Assembly (NCBI GenBank): GCA_040752695.1
Contig: JBFMGO010000014.1
Coordinates: 1 to 64,000, forward strand
DNA length: 64,000 nt
Direction: 5' to 3'
DNA from: a bacterium
Lineage (GTDB): Bacteria; SZUA-182; DTGQ01
Shown piece by piece: positions 36,443 to 46,221 of this stretch. Positions within the stretch are counted from its first letter, which is position 1; each line of letters opens with the position of its first letter. The notes below the pieces were generated by a model. The model did not search any database. It saw only the letters and a program-made list of their open reading frames with translations, and was not told where the DNA came from. A program made the position numbers and the translations under genes.

Positions 36443-38353
36443 ATGTTATCGCACGATGAGCAGAAACAGAATACGAACCGAAAGGGGATGGCAGTCTTGA
36501 TCGCCATCCTTGCCCTTGGATTTAGCTTGCGGCTGTGGGGAATTCAATTCGGATTGCCCGAGTATTTTTATGTCGATGCCACCAAAACCGTATATCCGGC
36601 CAAGAAGATCGCCTACAGCTTTCTGAGTGGAAAACCGGACCTGGACCCCCAGTTTTATCAATATCCAACCTTTTATGTTAATATACTCGCCCTGGAATAC
36701 ATATGCTATGGATTCGGCAAGGGGCTTTCGATCAAGGCCCGGAATCACCTGAGCAGTCTCAGGGAAGCAGTGAGTATCCTCTATCAGGATCAGGCCAAAG
36801 AGCATGTATTCTTTTTGCTGGCCCGGCTGACCAGTGCCGTGGCCGGCACTCTGACTATTCTGCTCCTTTACCTGGCGGGCATGGCAGGCTATAAGGATCG
36901 CAGGATAGCTTTGCTGAGCGCCTTTTTTCTTGCCGTTACCTTTCTTCATGTCAAGGACGCCCAATACCCGATGACCGACGCAATGATGGCCTTTATGGCA
37001 ATTTGCGCCTGGCTCTTTATTCTGAAAATCACCCACCACGGTGCTGATGAAGCTGATAAAGCCGATGAAGCTGATGGAGCTTATAAAAGTGAAGGAGGCA
37101 GGGGGAGGAGAACCGGGAGAGGCACCGGAGGCACCGCAGTCACCGGAGTCGCTACAGTCAACAGGGCCAATGGAGGCAGCGGATGTCATGGGGGTGATAG
37201 GGGTGATTGGGGTGACAGTGGCAGAAAGAAGGCGGCCGATGGTGGTCAGGGAGGTGGCGGACGTGGCTTTTGGAGGAAGGACTATATCCTGGCAGGGCTT
37301 TTCATCGGACTGGGTACTTCTACCAAATATCTGCCCCTGTTCCTGCTCCTGCCCTTCGGGATGGCTTTTGTGATAGATTATTATCAGAATAAAAAGTACC
37401 GTACCTATCTTATGCAATGCATTATCCTGGGCCTTCTTTTTATCCCGCTCGGCTTTCTCATCGGGACACCGAGCTTTATTTACAGATCAGGTCGGTTTAC
37501 CAACAGAGCCGCTTCGGAAAAGAGCGGGCAATACAATATCGGAGGAAAACCGGGAGATGTTCAGCAGGGGTACTTCGATTACCTGTTTTCCCGAAATTCA
37601 ACCTATAACGAACCTTTCGCCCAAAACTCTTTAATGGGCTCAATGGGCATCCCGCTCCTTTTGCTGACCATTCTGGGAATTTTTTATGCTTTACGGCAGG
37701 GAATTGCACAAAAGGCTAACCGGGGGAATGCAGACCTTATCCTGAGTGTATCGTGCCTGGTTTTTTACTGTCTTATGGCCCAGCCGGGACAGTTGCGGAC
37801 AGTACGGCATTTTTATTGGTTTTTGCCCATCTACGCACTTTTGGCCAGCCGTGTGCTGACCGCAGCAGGAGATCTGCTCAGGAAGCAGAACATGGTTGTT
37901 ATCCCTCTTCTGGGTATCCTGATAGCCAGTCCCACCCTGTGGCGTACCGTGCGGTATGATTATCTTCAGTCCCATACGGACAACCGGGTTTTTGCCCGGC
38001 AGTGGATTGACGAGAATCTTCCTGCAGGCAGCAAGGTGCTGATGCCGAACCTGTATCACCCCAAAATCTCTCAGCAAAAATTCCAGGTGCTCATCTATAA
38101 CCGGGGTACCATCAACCAGAAGGTGTTGACCTTTGATGCATTGCTGGCCAACGGTATCAACTACTGCCTCACCATCAGCTACTTTGATGACCGCTACTTC
38201 ACCCAGGAGGCGTTGAAGGATTTTCCATCCATTGTCAGTCATTACCGGGCATTCTGCACATCTCTCGAAGAGCGGGGGCAATTGGTGAAGGAGTTTCCCT
38301 CTAACCTCGTCGACAAGCCAGGCCCGACGATCAGGATATTCAAGATTTCCTGA
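36443..38353 (+). CDS. GT-C (PMT/ArnT-like) membrane glycosyltransferase with a Gly-rich insert
   Basis: LRLWGIQFGLP, ARLTSA, TKY, multiple TMs and A.QWI..NLP. Confidence 0.75.
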   Translation: MLSHDEQKQNTNRKGMAVLIAILALGFSLRLWGIQFGLPEYFYVDATKTVYPAKKIAYSFLSGKPDLDPQFYQYPTFYVNILALEYICYGFGKGLSIKARNHLSSLREAVSILYQDQAKEHVFFLLARLTSAVAGTLTILLLYLAGMAGYKDRRIALLSAFFLAVTFLHVKDAQYPMTDAMMAFMAICAWLFILKITHHGADEADKADEADGAYKSEGGRGRRTGRGTGGTAVTGVATVNRANGGSGCHGGDRGDWGDSGRKKAADGGQGGGGRGFWRKDYILAGLFIGLGTSTKYLPLFLLLPFGMAFVIDYYQNKKYRTYLMQCIILGLLFIPLGFLIGTPSFIYRSGRFTNRAASEKSGQYNIGGKPGDVQQGYFDYLFSRNSTYNEPFAQNSLMGSMGIPLLLLTILGIFYALRQGIAQKANRGNADLILSVSCLVFYCLMAQPGQLRTVRHFYWFLPIYALLASRVLTAAGDLLRKQNMVVIPLLGILIASPTLWRTVRYDYLQSHTDNRVFARQWIDENLPAGSKVLMPNLYHPKISQQKFQVLIYNRGTINQKVLTFDALLANGINYCLTISYFDDRYFTQEALKDFPSIVSHYRAFCTSLEERGQLVKEFPSNLVDKPGPTIRIFKIS

Positions 38354-38881
38354 TAGCGGCTTGGTCGATCTTCCCTTTTTCAAAGCGCCGCATGCATCGC
38401 TTATACAGCTTTTTCAGCTTTTACAAAAAGGGCAGGGGGGAGAGGAGATCTTTGGGAGGAATATCCTCTCATTCAAAACGTGGCCGTGTAATTCCCTCGA
38501 CGTGTACTCACATCCTGCTTTCCTGAGGCCAGGCGCCGTTGAGCCGCTCTTCCAGAAGTCCTCGCCGGGTGCGGTAATCTGTAAAAACCTGGTCGATCCG
38601 GGATCTGAATTGTTCCACCCTGCAAAAATGCTGAGCAGGATCTCTCACTTCCACAAAGCGGGCTACCGCTTCGTAATGATCATATCATAAACTCGCTATA
38701 AACTCATTGCCAAAACCTGCATTTTCGATCCTGAATGGAATGCGTCTGTCTGAAAGCAGATGGGACATTTTCTGTGTCGACGACAGAAATAACATATATA
38801 TTTACAATATGTTACGACAACCAGCCAGATTTATCAAGAGGTTAATGCATATGTAGATCTATGCATAATGCTGAAAAAAAT

Positions 38882-38898
38882 TGCACAATAATGTTGCA
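38882..38898. promoter_or_regulatory. NtrC-like enhancer (UAS) upstream of the Tad promoter
   Basis: TGCACAATAATGTTGCA versus NtrC consensus TGCACCANNNTGGTGCA, about 110 bp before the -24 box. Confidence 0.5.
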
Positions 38899-39004
38899 AC
38901 GCGTTGCGCATTGAGCAGATATGATCCTTGTTCAATTATGGATATTGTTATCTTTTATAAAATGTATATTTTATTTATTTTAAGTAAAATATATTTATTT
39001 AAAT

Positions 39005-39021
39005 TTGGCATACTTTTTGCT
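39005..39021 (+). promoter_or_regulatory. sigma54 promoter for flp
   Basis: TTGGCATACTTTTTGCT (GG-N10-GC), preceded by an AT-rich tract. Confidence 0.75.
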
Positions 39022-39440
39022 ATTATATAAGTATTATTAGAATTTGATTAGCTTTTATTCTTATCTCTGGAAAATAGATGGAAGTAGATTTTTCAGAATG
39101 AAAAATATCTGATTAAAAAGGCTCTTATATATTGACTGGGTGAACGGGGTACATGCAATGAGCTTATTCCAAAACACTCCTCATCCCCCTTTTCCCACGG
39201 GGGATGAGGAGGCAGATATCGTTTTTTAAGCTCAAGGAGTGCGGATGTAGCTTAAAAAACAAATGCAAAGCCGGGCTGACGAAGAGGGGGGTGGTGATCA
39301 AGAAACGGATAGTGGAATAGAAGGACTGATAGGAGTAAAAAAGAAAGTATATTTTGGGTAATAGTATATTTTAGGTAACAGGGTTTATTAAGAATCGAAA
39401 TAGTTTATTGACTTATAAAGTCGTAAGGAAGGTAAATACT

Positions 39441-39605
39441 ATGGATCAGTTAGTCAAGTTTTTACAGGAAGAGGACGGAGTTACCGCTATTGAGTATGCC
39501 TTGATCGCTGCTACAATCGCTGTATTTATTATTGGCATCTTACAAGCCACGGGTGGTGCTTTGGAAAGAACTTTTCAGGCGATCATCGATGTACTTCCCA
39601 CCTAA
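39441..39605 (+). CDS. flp: Flp family type IVc pilin
   Basis: FLQEEDG/VTAIEYALI prepilin motif; ATG 39441 after AAGGAAGG. Confidence 0.92.
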   Translation: MDQLVKFLQEEDGVTAIEYALIAATIAVFIIGILQATGGALERTFQAIIDVLPT

Positions 39606-39606
39606 G

Positions 39607-39717
39607 CTTGTGTAGTTTTTAGAAAATGGGGGTGGAGTTACTACTGATAGGGACCTAATGATTGTGGTGGTTATTACTGTTACTGTAATGGCAGTGGATA
39701 TATCAACAGAGAGATAA
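39607..39717 (+). pseudogene. Degenerate flp pilin copy
   Basis: LV*FLENGGGVTTDRDLMIVVVITV aligns without gaps to LVKFLQEEDGVTAIEYALIAATIAV; no start codon, internal stop. Confidence 0.55.
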
Positions 39718-39775
39718 AGATCCCAGAGATTGTAACTGCCTTCCTCGTAATCTAAATAGCGGCTAGTTACTTATC

Positions 39776-39834
39776 CTAAGGGGGGTGTATTGCGTATCTT
39801 TTCATTTCCAAAGAAGGCGCAATGCATCCCCTAG
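39776..39834 (+). terminator. Stem-loop after flp
   Basis: ggggtgtattgcg...cgcaatgcatcccc imperfect long stem. Confidence 0.5.
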
Positions 39835-40050
39835 TGGTTATTTTTAAGGAATAGGTATTTATACTTGTTCAACTTAGGTTTTGATTGGCATGAATATTGG
39901 TAATCGTGTTAATGGACATATTTTTATGGTATTTTGAATACAATATTGAAATAAATAATAAATTTTTACCAAAATAGCTAATCAATAATCATGCCTGGAA
40001 AAACCAAAGTTGAAGCACTATAATCACTTATCTTATAAAAGGAGATTTTA

Positions 40051-40227
40051 ATGTTAAGAAAGACAATGTTAAAAAAGACAGTTTATTTCCTGATATCCGA
40101 GGATGGCAATACATGTATTGAATATGCTTTGATCGCGTTCATTATGGCAATGGCTCTTTCGAGCTCTCTTCCTTCATTAGCCGAAGATATGGAGTCAGTA
40201 TATCGGACGTTAATCAACGCTTTTTAA
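40051..40227 (+). CDS. flp: Second Flp pilin (58 aa, absent from the ORF track)
   Basis: AAGGAG RBS; MLRKTMLKKTVYFLISEDG/NTCIEYALIAFIMAMAL... Confidence 0.8.
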   Translation: MLRKTMLKKTVYFLISEDGNTCIEYALIAFIMAMALSSSLPSLAEDMESVYRTLINAF

Positions 40228-40295
40228 TACGGTTAGCCAAAAAATTAACCAACAAATTAACAGGGGTATTTCACTAATTTTCGAGAGAGAGGCAG

Positions 40296-40829
40296 ATGGA
40301 CCGAGGGCTCATTCAGGCAATTCCCATTTTATTGTTGGCCGTTATACTGCTCATAGCTGCCATAAGCGACTTTCGTACCCGGAAGATTCCCAACCGGCTT
40401 ACCTTTCCTACGGCAGCGGTGGGAATAATTTACCATACCTGCGTAAGCGGATGGAAGGGGCTCCTTTTCAGCACAGCGGGCGTAGTCGCAGGGCTTGCGC
40501 TGCTCATGGTTTTTTATCTCATGGGGGGAATGGGCGCAGGTGATGTCAAACTCATGGGAGCTGTCGGCGGTCTTTTGGGGCCAGAAGGAGTATTGGCAGC
40601 CTTCGTGGGCACTGCCCTGATCGGAGGTATCTATGCGGTTGGGCTTCTGGCTGTACACGGAGATCTCCCTGACATGGTCAGGCGGTACGGAATAATGCTG
40701 AAGACGTTTTTCTTCACCCATCGGATGGTTTACATTCCTCCGGAAAACAGGGAATCACGGCCAGTTTTGTGCTATGGATTGGCGATCGCAATTGGTACGT
40801 TACTCTCGGTTTTCATAAGGGTTATTTAA
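40296..40829 (+). CDS. cpaA: Prepilin peptidase A24 (TadV/CpaA)
   Basis: SDFRTRKIPN, GGMGAGDVKL and YGLAIAIG. Confidence 0.92.
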   Translation: MDRGLIQAIPILLLAVILLIAAISDFRTRKIPNRLTFPTAAVGIIYHTCVSGWKGLLFSTAGVVAGLALLMVFYLMGGMGAGDVKLMGAVGGLLGPEGVLAAFVGTALIGGIYAVGLLAVHGDLPDMVRRYGIMLKTFFFTHRMVYIPPENRESRPVLCYGLAIAIGTLLSVFIRVI

Positions 40830-41190
40830 AGATTATCTCATGGGAAAACAGGCATGGGAGAACATGACTGAAACAAGAGGGGGGCAGGAGGATTCATGAG
40901 CAGGGGGGTGATATCGAAGAGTTAATGTCATATGCGTTAAGCCAGGATGGGCTTGACCTGAGGGGCTTTAGAGCTTAGCTTAAGGTATATGAGATTGACT
41001 TGGTGCAAAAGGGGCTTAATACCCATAAGACAGGTGACAGGTATACCTTTCAAGGGGTATGGCACTGTGCAGGGAGTAAACTCAAGACGGTGAGCAGAAG
41101 AAGGGCCGGGCTGTGATTAAGAAGACAAGGTGTACTGCCAAGAAGGGGAATAACGATGAGAAGGAATGAGAGCGAAGAAGGAGATGCATA

Positions 41191-42195
41191 ATGGAAAAGA
41201 AGAAATCGATCATCATGGTTGGCCTGGCCATGGTCATATCGTTCATTATTACGATTCTGGTCATGAAAAGTATAAAAAAGGACATACCTCCCCCACCCCA
41301 AGCGAAATTAGTCACGCAGCCAATAGCGGTAGCGGCTTTCGATTTACCGTGGGGCACCTCCCTTTCCAGAGAGCAGATCAGGATGGTGCCTTTTCTCCAA
41401 AAAAGTCTGCCGATGGGATCTTTTTCCGATTCCAATTCCCCGGGAAAACTGGTCGGGCGGACCACTATCTATCCGATCAATGCCGGGGAGCCGATATTGG
41501 AGTCAAAACTGGCCTCGAACGACCCTAAAAACAACGGGGTGGCCGCAATCGTTAATATTAAAAAACGCGCTATGGCGGTGAGGGTTGATAAGGTTATTGG
41601 CGTAGCCGGCTTTATTTATCCCGGTCATCGGGTAGACATTTTAGTAACCTTAAAAGAGAAGGATCAGGAAAAGCGTACCGGCCCTATAACCAAGACAGTG
41701 CTTGAAAACATATTAGTTCTGGCTGTAGGTACAAAAATGGCTGTAGATACAGAACCGGGACTGGTAAGCAAGGGTCTGGAAGAGACGGGGTTGAAAGAAA
41801 AAGATAAAAAAACTGTCGCGGTAGATGTGATCACCCTTGAAGTAACACCGGAAGAGGGGGAAAAACTGGCCCTGGCCGCTAATGAAGGCAGGATACAACT
41901 GGCGTTGAGAAGTTCCAACGACATCAATGCCGTTGAAACGGCTGGAATGACCATACCGGTCCTTTTGAGCTCCTGTACGTCTCCTTCACCTCCGCCGCCT
42001 CCTAAAGTCTGCACCGTGGGCCGTGGCGTCAAGCGCCAAAAAAACCGGAGCACTAAAAATCCGCCCAAAGCTGCATCCAAACCTGCACCTTTCACCGTCG
42101 AATTAGTCAAAGGAGCCCAAAAGAGTGAAGTGAAATTTGATGAGAATGATGTGGAACTTGATAATAGTGAGGTGAAACGTGAACGGAGGATCTAA
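41191..42195 (+). CDS. cpaB: Flp pilus assembly protein CpaB/RcpC
   Basis: TM anchor, SAF domain, RAMAVRV...GVAGFI.PG.RVD and TLEVTPEE. Confidence 0.92.
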   Translation: MEKKKSIIMVGLAMVISFIITILVMKSIKKDIPPPPQAKLVTQPIAVAAFDLPWGTSLSREQIRMVPFLQKSLPMGSFSDSNSPGKLVGRTTIYPINAGEPILESKLASNDPKNNGVAAIVNIKKRAMAVRVDKVIGVAGFIYPGHRVDILVTLKEKDQEKRTGPITKTVLENILVLAVGTKMAVDTEPGLVSKGLEETGLKEKDKKTVAVDVITLEVTPEEGEKLALAANEGRIQLALRSSNDINAVETAGMTIPVLLSSCTSPSPPPPPKVCTVGRGVKRQKNRSTKNPPKAASKPAPFTVELVKGAQKSEVKFDENDVELDNSEVKRERRI

Positions 42196-42199
42196 GTGC

Positions 42200-43720
42200 A
42201 TGGTAAGACAGCATGGAGTCAGGCGATACAGGAGAGGGGTCTTTTTTTTCATCATCCTGCACCTTTGCCTTTTACTTCCCTCATCATGCCGGGCGGCTCA
42301 GGCGGAGAAGGCGGGCATTATTGCAACCACACCGCAGACATTGAGCCTGGCGGTTGGGAAATCGATTGTCATTGAGAGTCCGGTGCCAGTGGAACGGGTA
42401 ACCCTTGCCGATCCTGCTGTGGCGGATGTACTGATACTGTCTCCTCAGCAAATTTACCTGAACGGGAAGGTCCCCGGTCTCACCAACATCACCCTATGGA
42501 GCGACAGGGTGAGAATCTCCGATGTTTTCGATCTCGAAGTCGTACCGGATATCACCCGGCTGAAGGAAAAACTCCATGAAATATTTCCCCAGGAAGAAAA
42601 TATCCGGATCACGGCCACCCACGACAGCCTCAGCCTGTACGGCACCGTTTCCAGTTCGGCCAGCCTCTCCGAAATACTGGCTCTGGTTCAGTCATACACG
42701 CCCAAAGGCAAAGGGGGAGAGTCGATGGTTAATAATTTTCTCGAGGTGGAAGGTGTGCACCAGGTGATGATCGAGGTTCAAATATCGGAGATGTCCCGGA
42801 GCCTGATCAAGGAATTGGGTATTAACTTCAGTGGGGTGAGTGCAGATGGAACAAAATTCGGGGTGAGTCTTCTCGACAGATTGTCAGGCATTGACAAGCT
42901 TTCGGCAGGTGAGAGCTTTACAACAAAGGAATTGGGTTTATCATCCAACCTGAATGCGATCTTCCGGTTTTACGGAAATGATGTTCCCTGGACAGTCCTG
43001 ATGAACGCATTGAAGGACGAGGGACTGGTAAAGGTCCTGGCTGAACCGACATTAATCACCTTAAGTGGCAAGCCTGCCGATTTTCTCGCCGGTGGAGAAT
43101 TCCCTATTCCGGTCCCTCAGGAGGGAGGAATTACCATAGAATACAAGAAGTTTGGCGTAGGGCTTCAATTCACTCCCATCGTACTGAGCAGCGGAAAGAT
43201 CAACATGGAGGTGTCGCCGGAGGTGTCCGAACTTGATCCATCGAATTCCCTGTCCTGGAGCGGTTTTAAAATACCGGGCCTGAGCACGAGGCGCGTTTCG
43301 ACGGTGATCGAGCTGGGTGACGGGCAGAGTTTTGCCGTTGCCGGTCTTTTGAAGAATAATGTCGGAGAATCTGTCCAGAAATTTCCTCTTCTTGGTGATA
43401 TCCCTATCTTGGGTTCACTGTTCAGGAGCAGCTCTTTTCAAAAAAACGAGACCGAACTGATCATCATTGTTACTCCTCACCTGGTAAAACCGCTCGATAT
43501 GGCCAAACAGACCTTACCTACAGGCGAATACAGAGAACCGGATGACCTGGAGTTCTACTTTCAGGGAAAACTGGAAGGGAGAGGAGAACCGTTTCTTTCG
43601 TCTCCTGCTCCTTTAGATCTGCCATCGGCCCTGACGCTTCAAGGCAAGAAGGGAGTGCTTTTCCATGAGGTGCCTGCCGGAGATGGACTGGAAGGAGATT
43701 TTGGCCACATTGTGCCTTAA
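42200..43720 (+). CDS. cpaC: Tad secretin RcpA/CpaC
   Basis: Pilus-formation N domain, LAEPTL..LSG..A.FLAGGEFP and GDIPILGSLFRS. Confidence 0.92.
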   Translation: MVRQHGVRRYRRGVFFFIILHLCLLLPSSCRAAQAEKAGIIATTPQTLSLAVGKSIVIESPVPVERVTLADPAVADVLILSPQQIYLNGKVPGLTNITLWSDRVRISDVFDLEVVPDITRLKEKLHEIFPQEENIRITATHDSLSLYGTVSSSASLSEILALVQSYTPKGKGGESMVNNFLEVEGVHQVMIEVQISEMSRSLIKELGINFSGVSADGTKFGVSLLDRLSGIDKLSAGESFTTKELGLSSNLNAIFRFYGNDVPWTVLMNALKDEGLVKVLAEPTLITLSGKPADFLAGGEFPIPVPQEGGITIEYKKFGVGLQFTPIVLSSGKINMEVSPEVSELDPSNSLSWSGFKIPGLSTRRVSTVIELGDGQSFAVAGLLKNNVGESVQKFPLLGDIPILGSLFRSSSFQKNETELIIIVTPHLVKPLDMAKQTLPTGEYREPDDLEFYFQGKLEGRGEPFLSSPAPLDLPSALTLQGKKGVLFHEVPAGDGLEGDFGHIVP

Positions 43721-43842
43721 CATGTTAGCAAAAGCCTTAACTATAGTAGCAAAAAAGGGGGCCTGACCCCCTCGAATGCTTAGCCGATGCTTATGAGGGT
43801 AACCTCAAAGAGACTGTCAAGACGGCAGGGGAGGATTATGAT

Positions 43843-44124
43843 ATGAAGAAAAAATGCCTTGTTTTCATAACGCTGTTTGTTGGGTTCATGGTTTTGGCCG
43901 GTTGCGGTGGTGGTCTCAGTCGGCTGGAGGCTGACTACGGGACCTCGTATGCTCTTGCCAAGCGGAACCAGACCCTCAACCCGGATGCGGGGGAAAAACC
44001 GGCGCCGGCTGCTTGCAGGCTCGATGGTCAGGCAGCCCAAAAGACGGTCGAGAAGTATCAAAAGGGCTTTGGATGCCAGACCGAAGCATCCTCACATGCT
44101 GTCGGCATCAGTATCGGCAAATAG
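43843..44124 (+). CDS. Small Tad-associated lipoprotein
   Basis: Lipobox LAGC, Q.LNPDA and DG.AA...YQK; position after the secretin. Confidence 0.7.
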   Translation: MKKKCLVFITLFVGFMVLAGCGGGLSRLEADYGTSYALAKRNQTLNPDAGEKPAPAACRLDGQAAQKTVEKYQKGFGCQTEASSHAVGISIGK

Positions 44125-44154
44125 CAGCCAGTTTGGAAGGAGGTGTTGGCAATT

Positions 44155-44580
44155 ATGAGAAAACCAGAATTGGCTGATGAAAAAGGTGTAGCGGTAGTAG
44201 AATTTGCTCTTGTTCTTCCGCTGTTGCTTGCCCTTTTTTTCGGCATGGTCGAATTCGGTGTGATCCTGTATGATCAGCATTTAATTACCAATGCGACCAG
44301 GGAGGGCGCGCGCGCTGGGATTGTGGCTCAAGATCCCAGAGTAAATGATGATGCTATAAAGAAAATTGTTAAAGATAATATGTCGTACCTTATAAGTCTC
44401 GGTAAAGGGGCCGTAGCATCACAAGACCCAAATGTTATTCACCCTACGAATCCAAATTTTGGAGACGACCTTACAGTTAATGTGTCTTATCAATACCATT
44501 TTCTGGTCGCTTCCGCTCTTATTCCAGGGCTCGGCGATTCGATTGAGTTGCGTGCCCAAACGGTGATGAAATATGAATAA
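44155..44580 (+). CDS. tadE: TadE-like pseudopilin
   Basis: KG/VAVVEFALVLP and NATREGAR. Confidence 0.88.
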   Translation: MRKPELADEKGVAVVEFALVLPLLLALFFGMVEFGVILYDQHLITNATREGARAGIVAQDPRVNDDAIKKIVKDNMSYLISLGKGAVASQDPNVIHPTNPNFGDDLTVNVSYQYHFLVASALIPGLGDSIELRAQTVMKYE

Positions 44581-45784
44581 CACAGAAAATAATGACAATA
44601 AGAAAAAATGGACATGGCTCATTTCAGGCATAAGGGGTCAGAGGGGGGCGGTAGCCATTTTGGTAGCGTCGTTTCTTGTATGTTTGACTGGTGTAGCGGC
44701 ATTAGTTATTGATATGGCGAACCGCCATGTCAATAAGAACACCCTTCAAAATACTTCTGATGCGGCAGCATTGGCCAGTACCAGGGTGTTAGGAGAAAAG
44801 TACAAATCGTTGCAGGAGGGGGACGAGTACGTTTGTGATCAAGGAGCCATTGATGAGATTATCAGCGCCTGCATCGATGTAGCAGTAAAGAACAGGCCTG
44901 CTGGAGAAAAGGAAATTATCACTATCACTGATAGCGATGTATGGATCGGAAACTGGGATAAGGTAAATAATAAATTGGATCCTAATTATCCAATCAGGGA
45001 CAGTCGTGTTTTTCTGCTTATCAATCCGGATGGAGTAAAGGTAATAGCCCATAGAGATGGAGAAAACCAGGTACCCACCTTTTTTGCCAGGATATTGGGT
45101 ATAGACGCTATGAACGTTGCTGCAGATGCCACGGCTGCTCTGCTTCCTGAAATACCCGGCGGCACCGTACCTCCCGGCGTACCTCCCGGTGGACCTTCTG
45201 GAACATCCATCGGGCGCATTCCCATCACGGTTGGGGTTAGCGAGCGTATTTTTAAAGAACATGATATAGATGGTGAAACGGTTAGAATTCATCCCCTTGG
45301 GAGTGAATTAGGCATAGATTTTAATGAATATTTCGGGTGGCATACCTATGACCGGGAAGCGAATACTGATAACTTGAAGGATATCCTGAGAGAATTTCAA
45401 GAAGGGAAACTCGAATGCCCGGATGCGGTAATAGGCAGAACAGTATTCAATTTCTTTTATCCTGGTGTAGAGCGTGCTGGGCAGGACATGGCGGATGCTT
45501 TTGGCCCCATACTGGAGCTCGATTCGGATACGCAAAGAAATAATTATGGTGATCTTGACGAAGACCCTAATACCTGGACGATACCCATAGTGGTTTATGA
45601 GGATAGCAGCACTTCCGTGCCTGAACATCCGGAAGGTGAGAAACTTATCGTAGGGTCCTGCAGGCTGACTGTAACAATTGTTGGAGAGGGGGGCGGAACT
45701 GAAACGATAATAGAGGGCATCATTGACGATGAGCCGGATGATGTGCCGATACAGGCATCGGCTATCCCTGTACTCGTGCAGTAA
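44573..45784 (+). CDS. tadG: TadG-like pilus protein
   Basis: RG/AVAIL, ALVID, LQN.SDAAALA and TFFARILG. Confidence 0.8.
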   Translation: MNNTENNDNKKKWTWLISGIRGQRGAVAILVASFLVCLTGVAALVIDMANRHVNKNTLQNTSDAAALASTRVLGEKYKSLQEGDEYVCDQGAIDEIISACIDVAVKNRPAGEKEIITITDSDVWIGNWDKVNNKLDPNYPIRDSRVFLLINPDGVKVIAHRDGENQVPTFFARILGIDAMNVAADATAALLPEIPGGTVPPGVPPGGPSGTSIGRIPITVGVSERIFKEHDIDGETVRIHPLGSELGIDFNEYFGWHTYDREANTDNLKDILREFQEGKLECPDAVIGRTVFNFFYPGVERAGQDMADAFGPILELDSDTQRNNYGDLDEDPNTWTIPIVVYEDSSTSVPEHPEGEKLIVGSCRLTVTIVGEGGGTETIIEGIIDDEPDDVPIQASAIPVLVQ

Positions 45785-46221
45785 AAAGACATTTCCATGA
45801 GGTGAGGGGGGCAAGAGCGAGAAAACTGGCAGGGGAATTCCCATGCAGTGTCCTCAAGACAGATCGCATTCAATCCGCGGCTGGATTCAGCACGTAACAT
45901 GCAGGGGGTGGGACTTATTCCCCACCAACGATGGTAGAGGGCAGGGCAAAAGAGCCCCACCCCCTGCATGTTGAGTATCGGTGATACCTTGCCCCATGAT
46001 CAAGGGGATGTTTTTATTTCCCCCCTTTGTAAAGGGGGACAGGGGGGATTTGGAGAGATTTTCGAGGAATGCCCCCCATTCAATATCGGCCGGGGTAATT
46101 GCCGGCCAGGGCACTAAACTGACTGCATCGCCCTTGCGGCTATACCTGTATATTGTTTTGGGAGCAGGAGTGGCAAACAGGATATGATCGAACCTTAAAA
46201 CTGGGAGTTGAAAAACACATT

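Noticed and set aside
38361..38690. 109-aa plus-strand ORF, and a minus-strand fragment resembling a SWIM-protein C-terminus
   Set aside because: The plus ORF has no recognisable features, and the minus-strand resemblance is too weak to call without a search.
43722..43832. c-di-GMP-I riboswitch-like words (gcaaaa, ggcctga, gacggc) in the tad operon
   Set aside because: No GNRA-capped P2 stem or consistent P1 pairing could be built.
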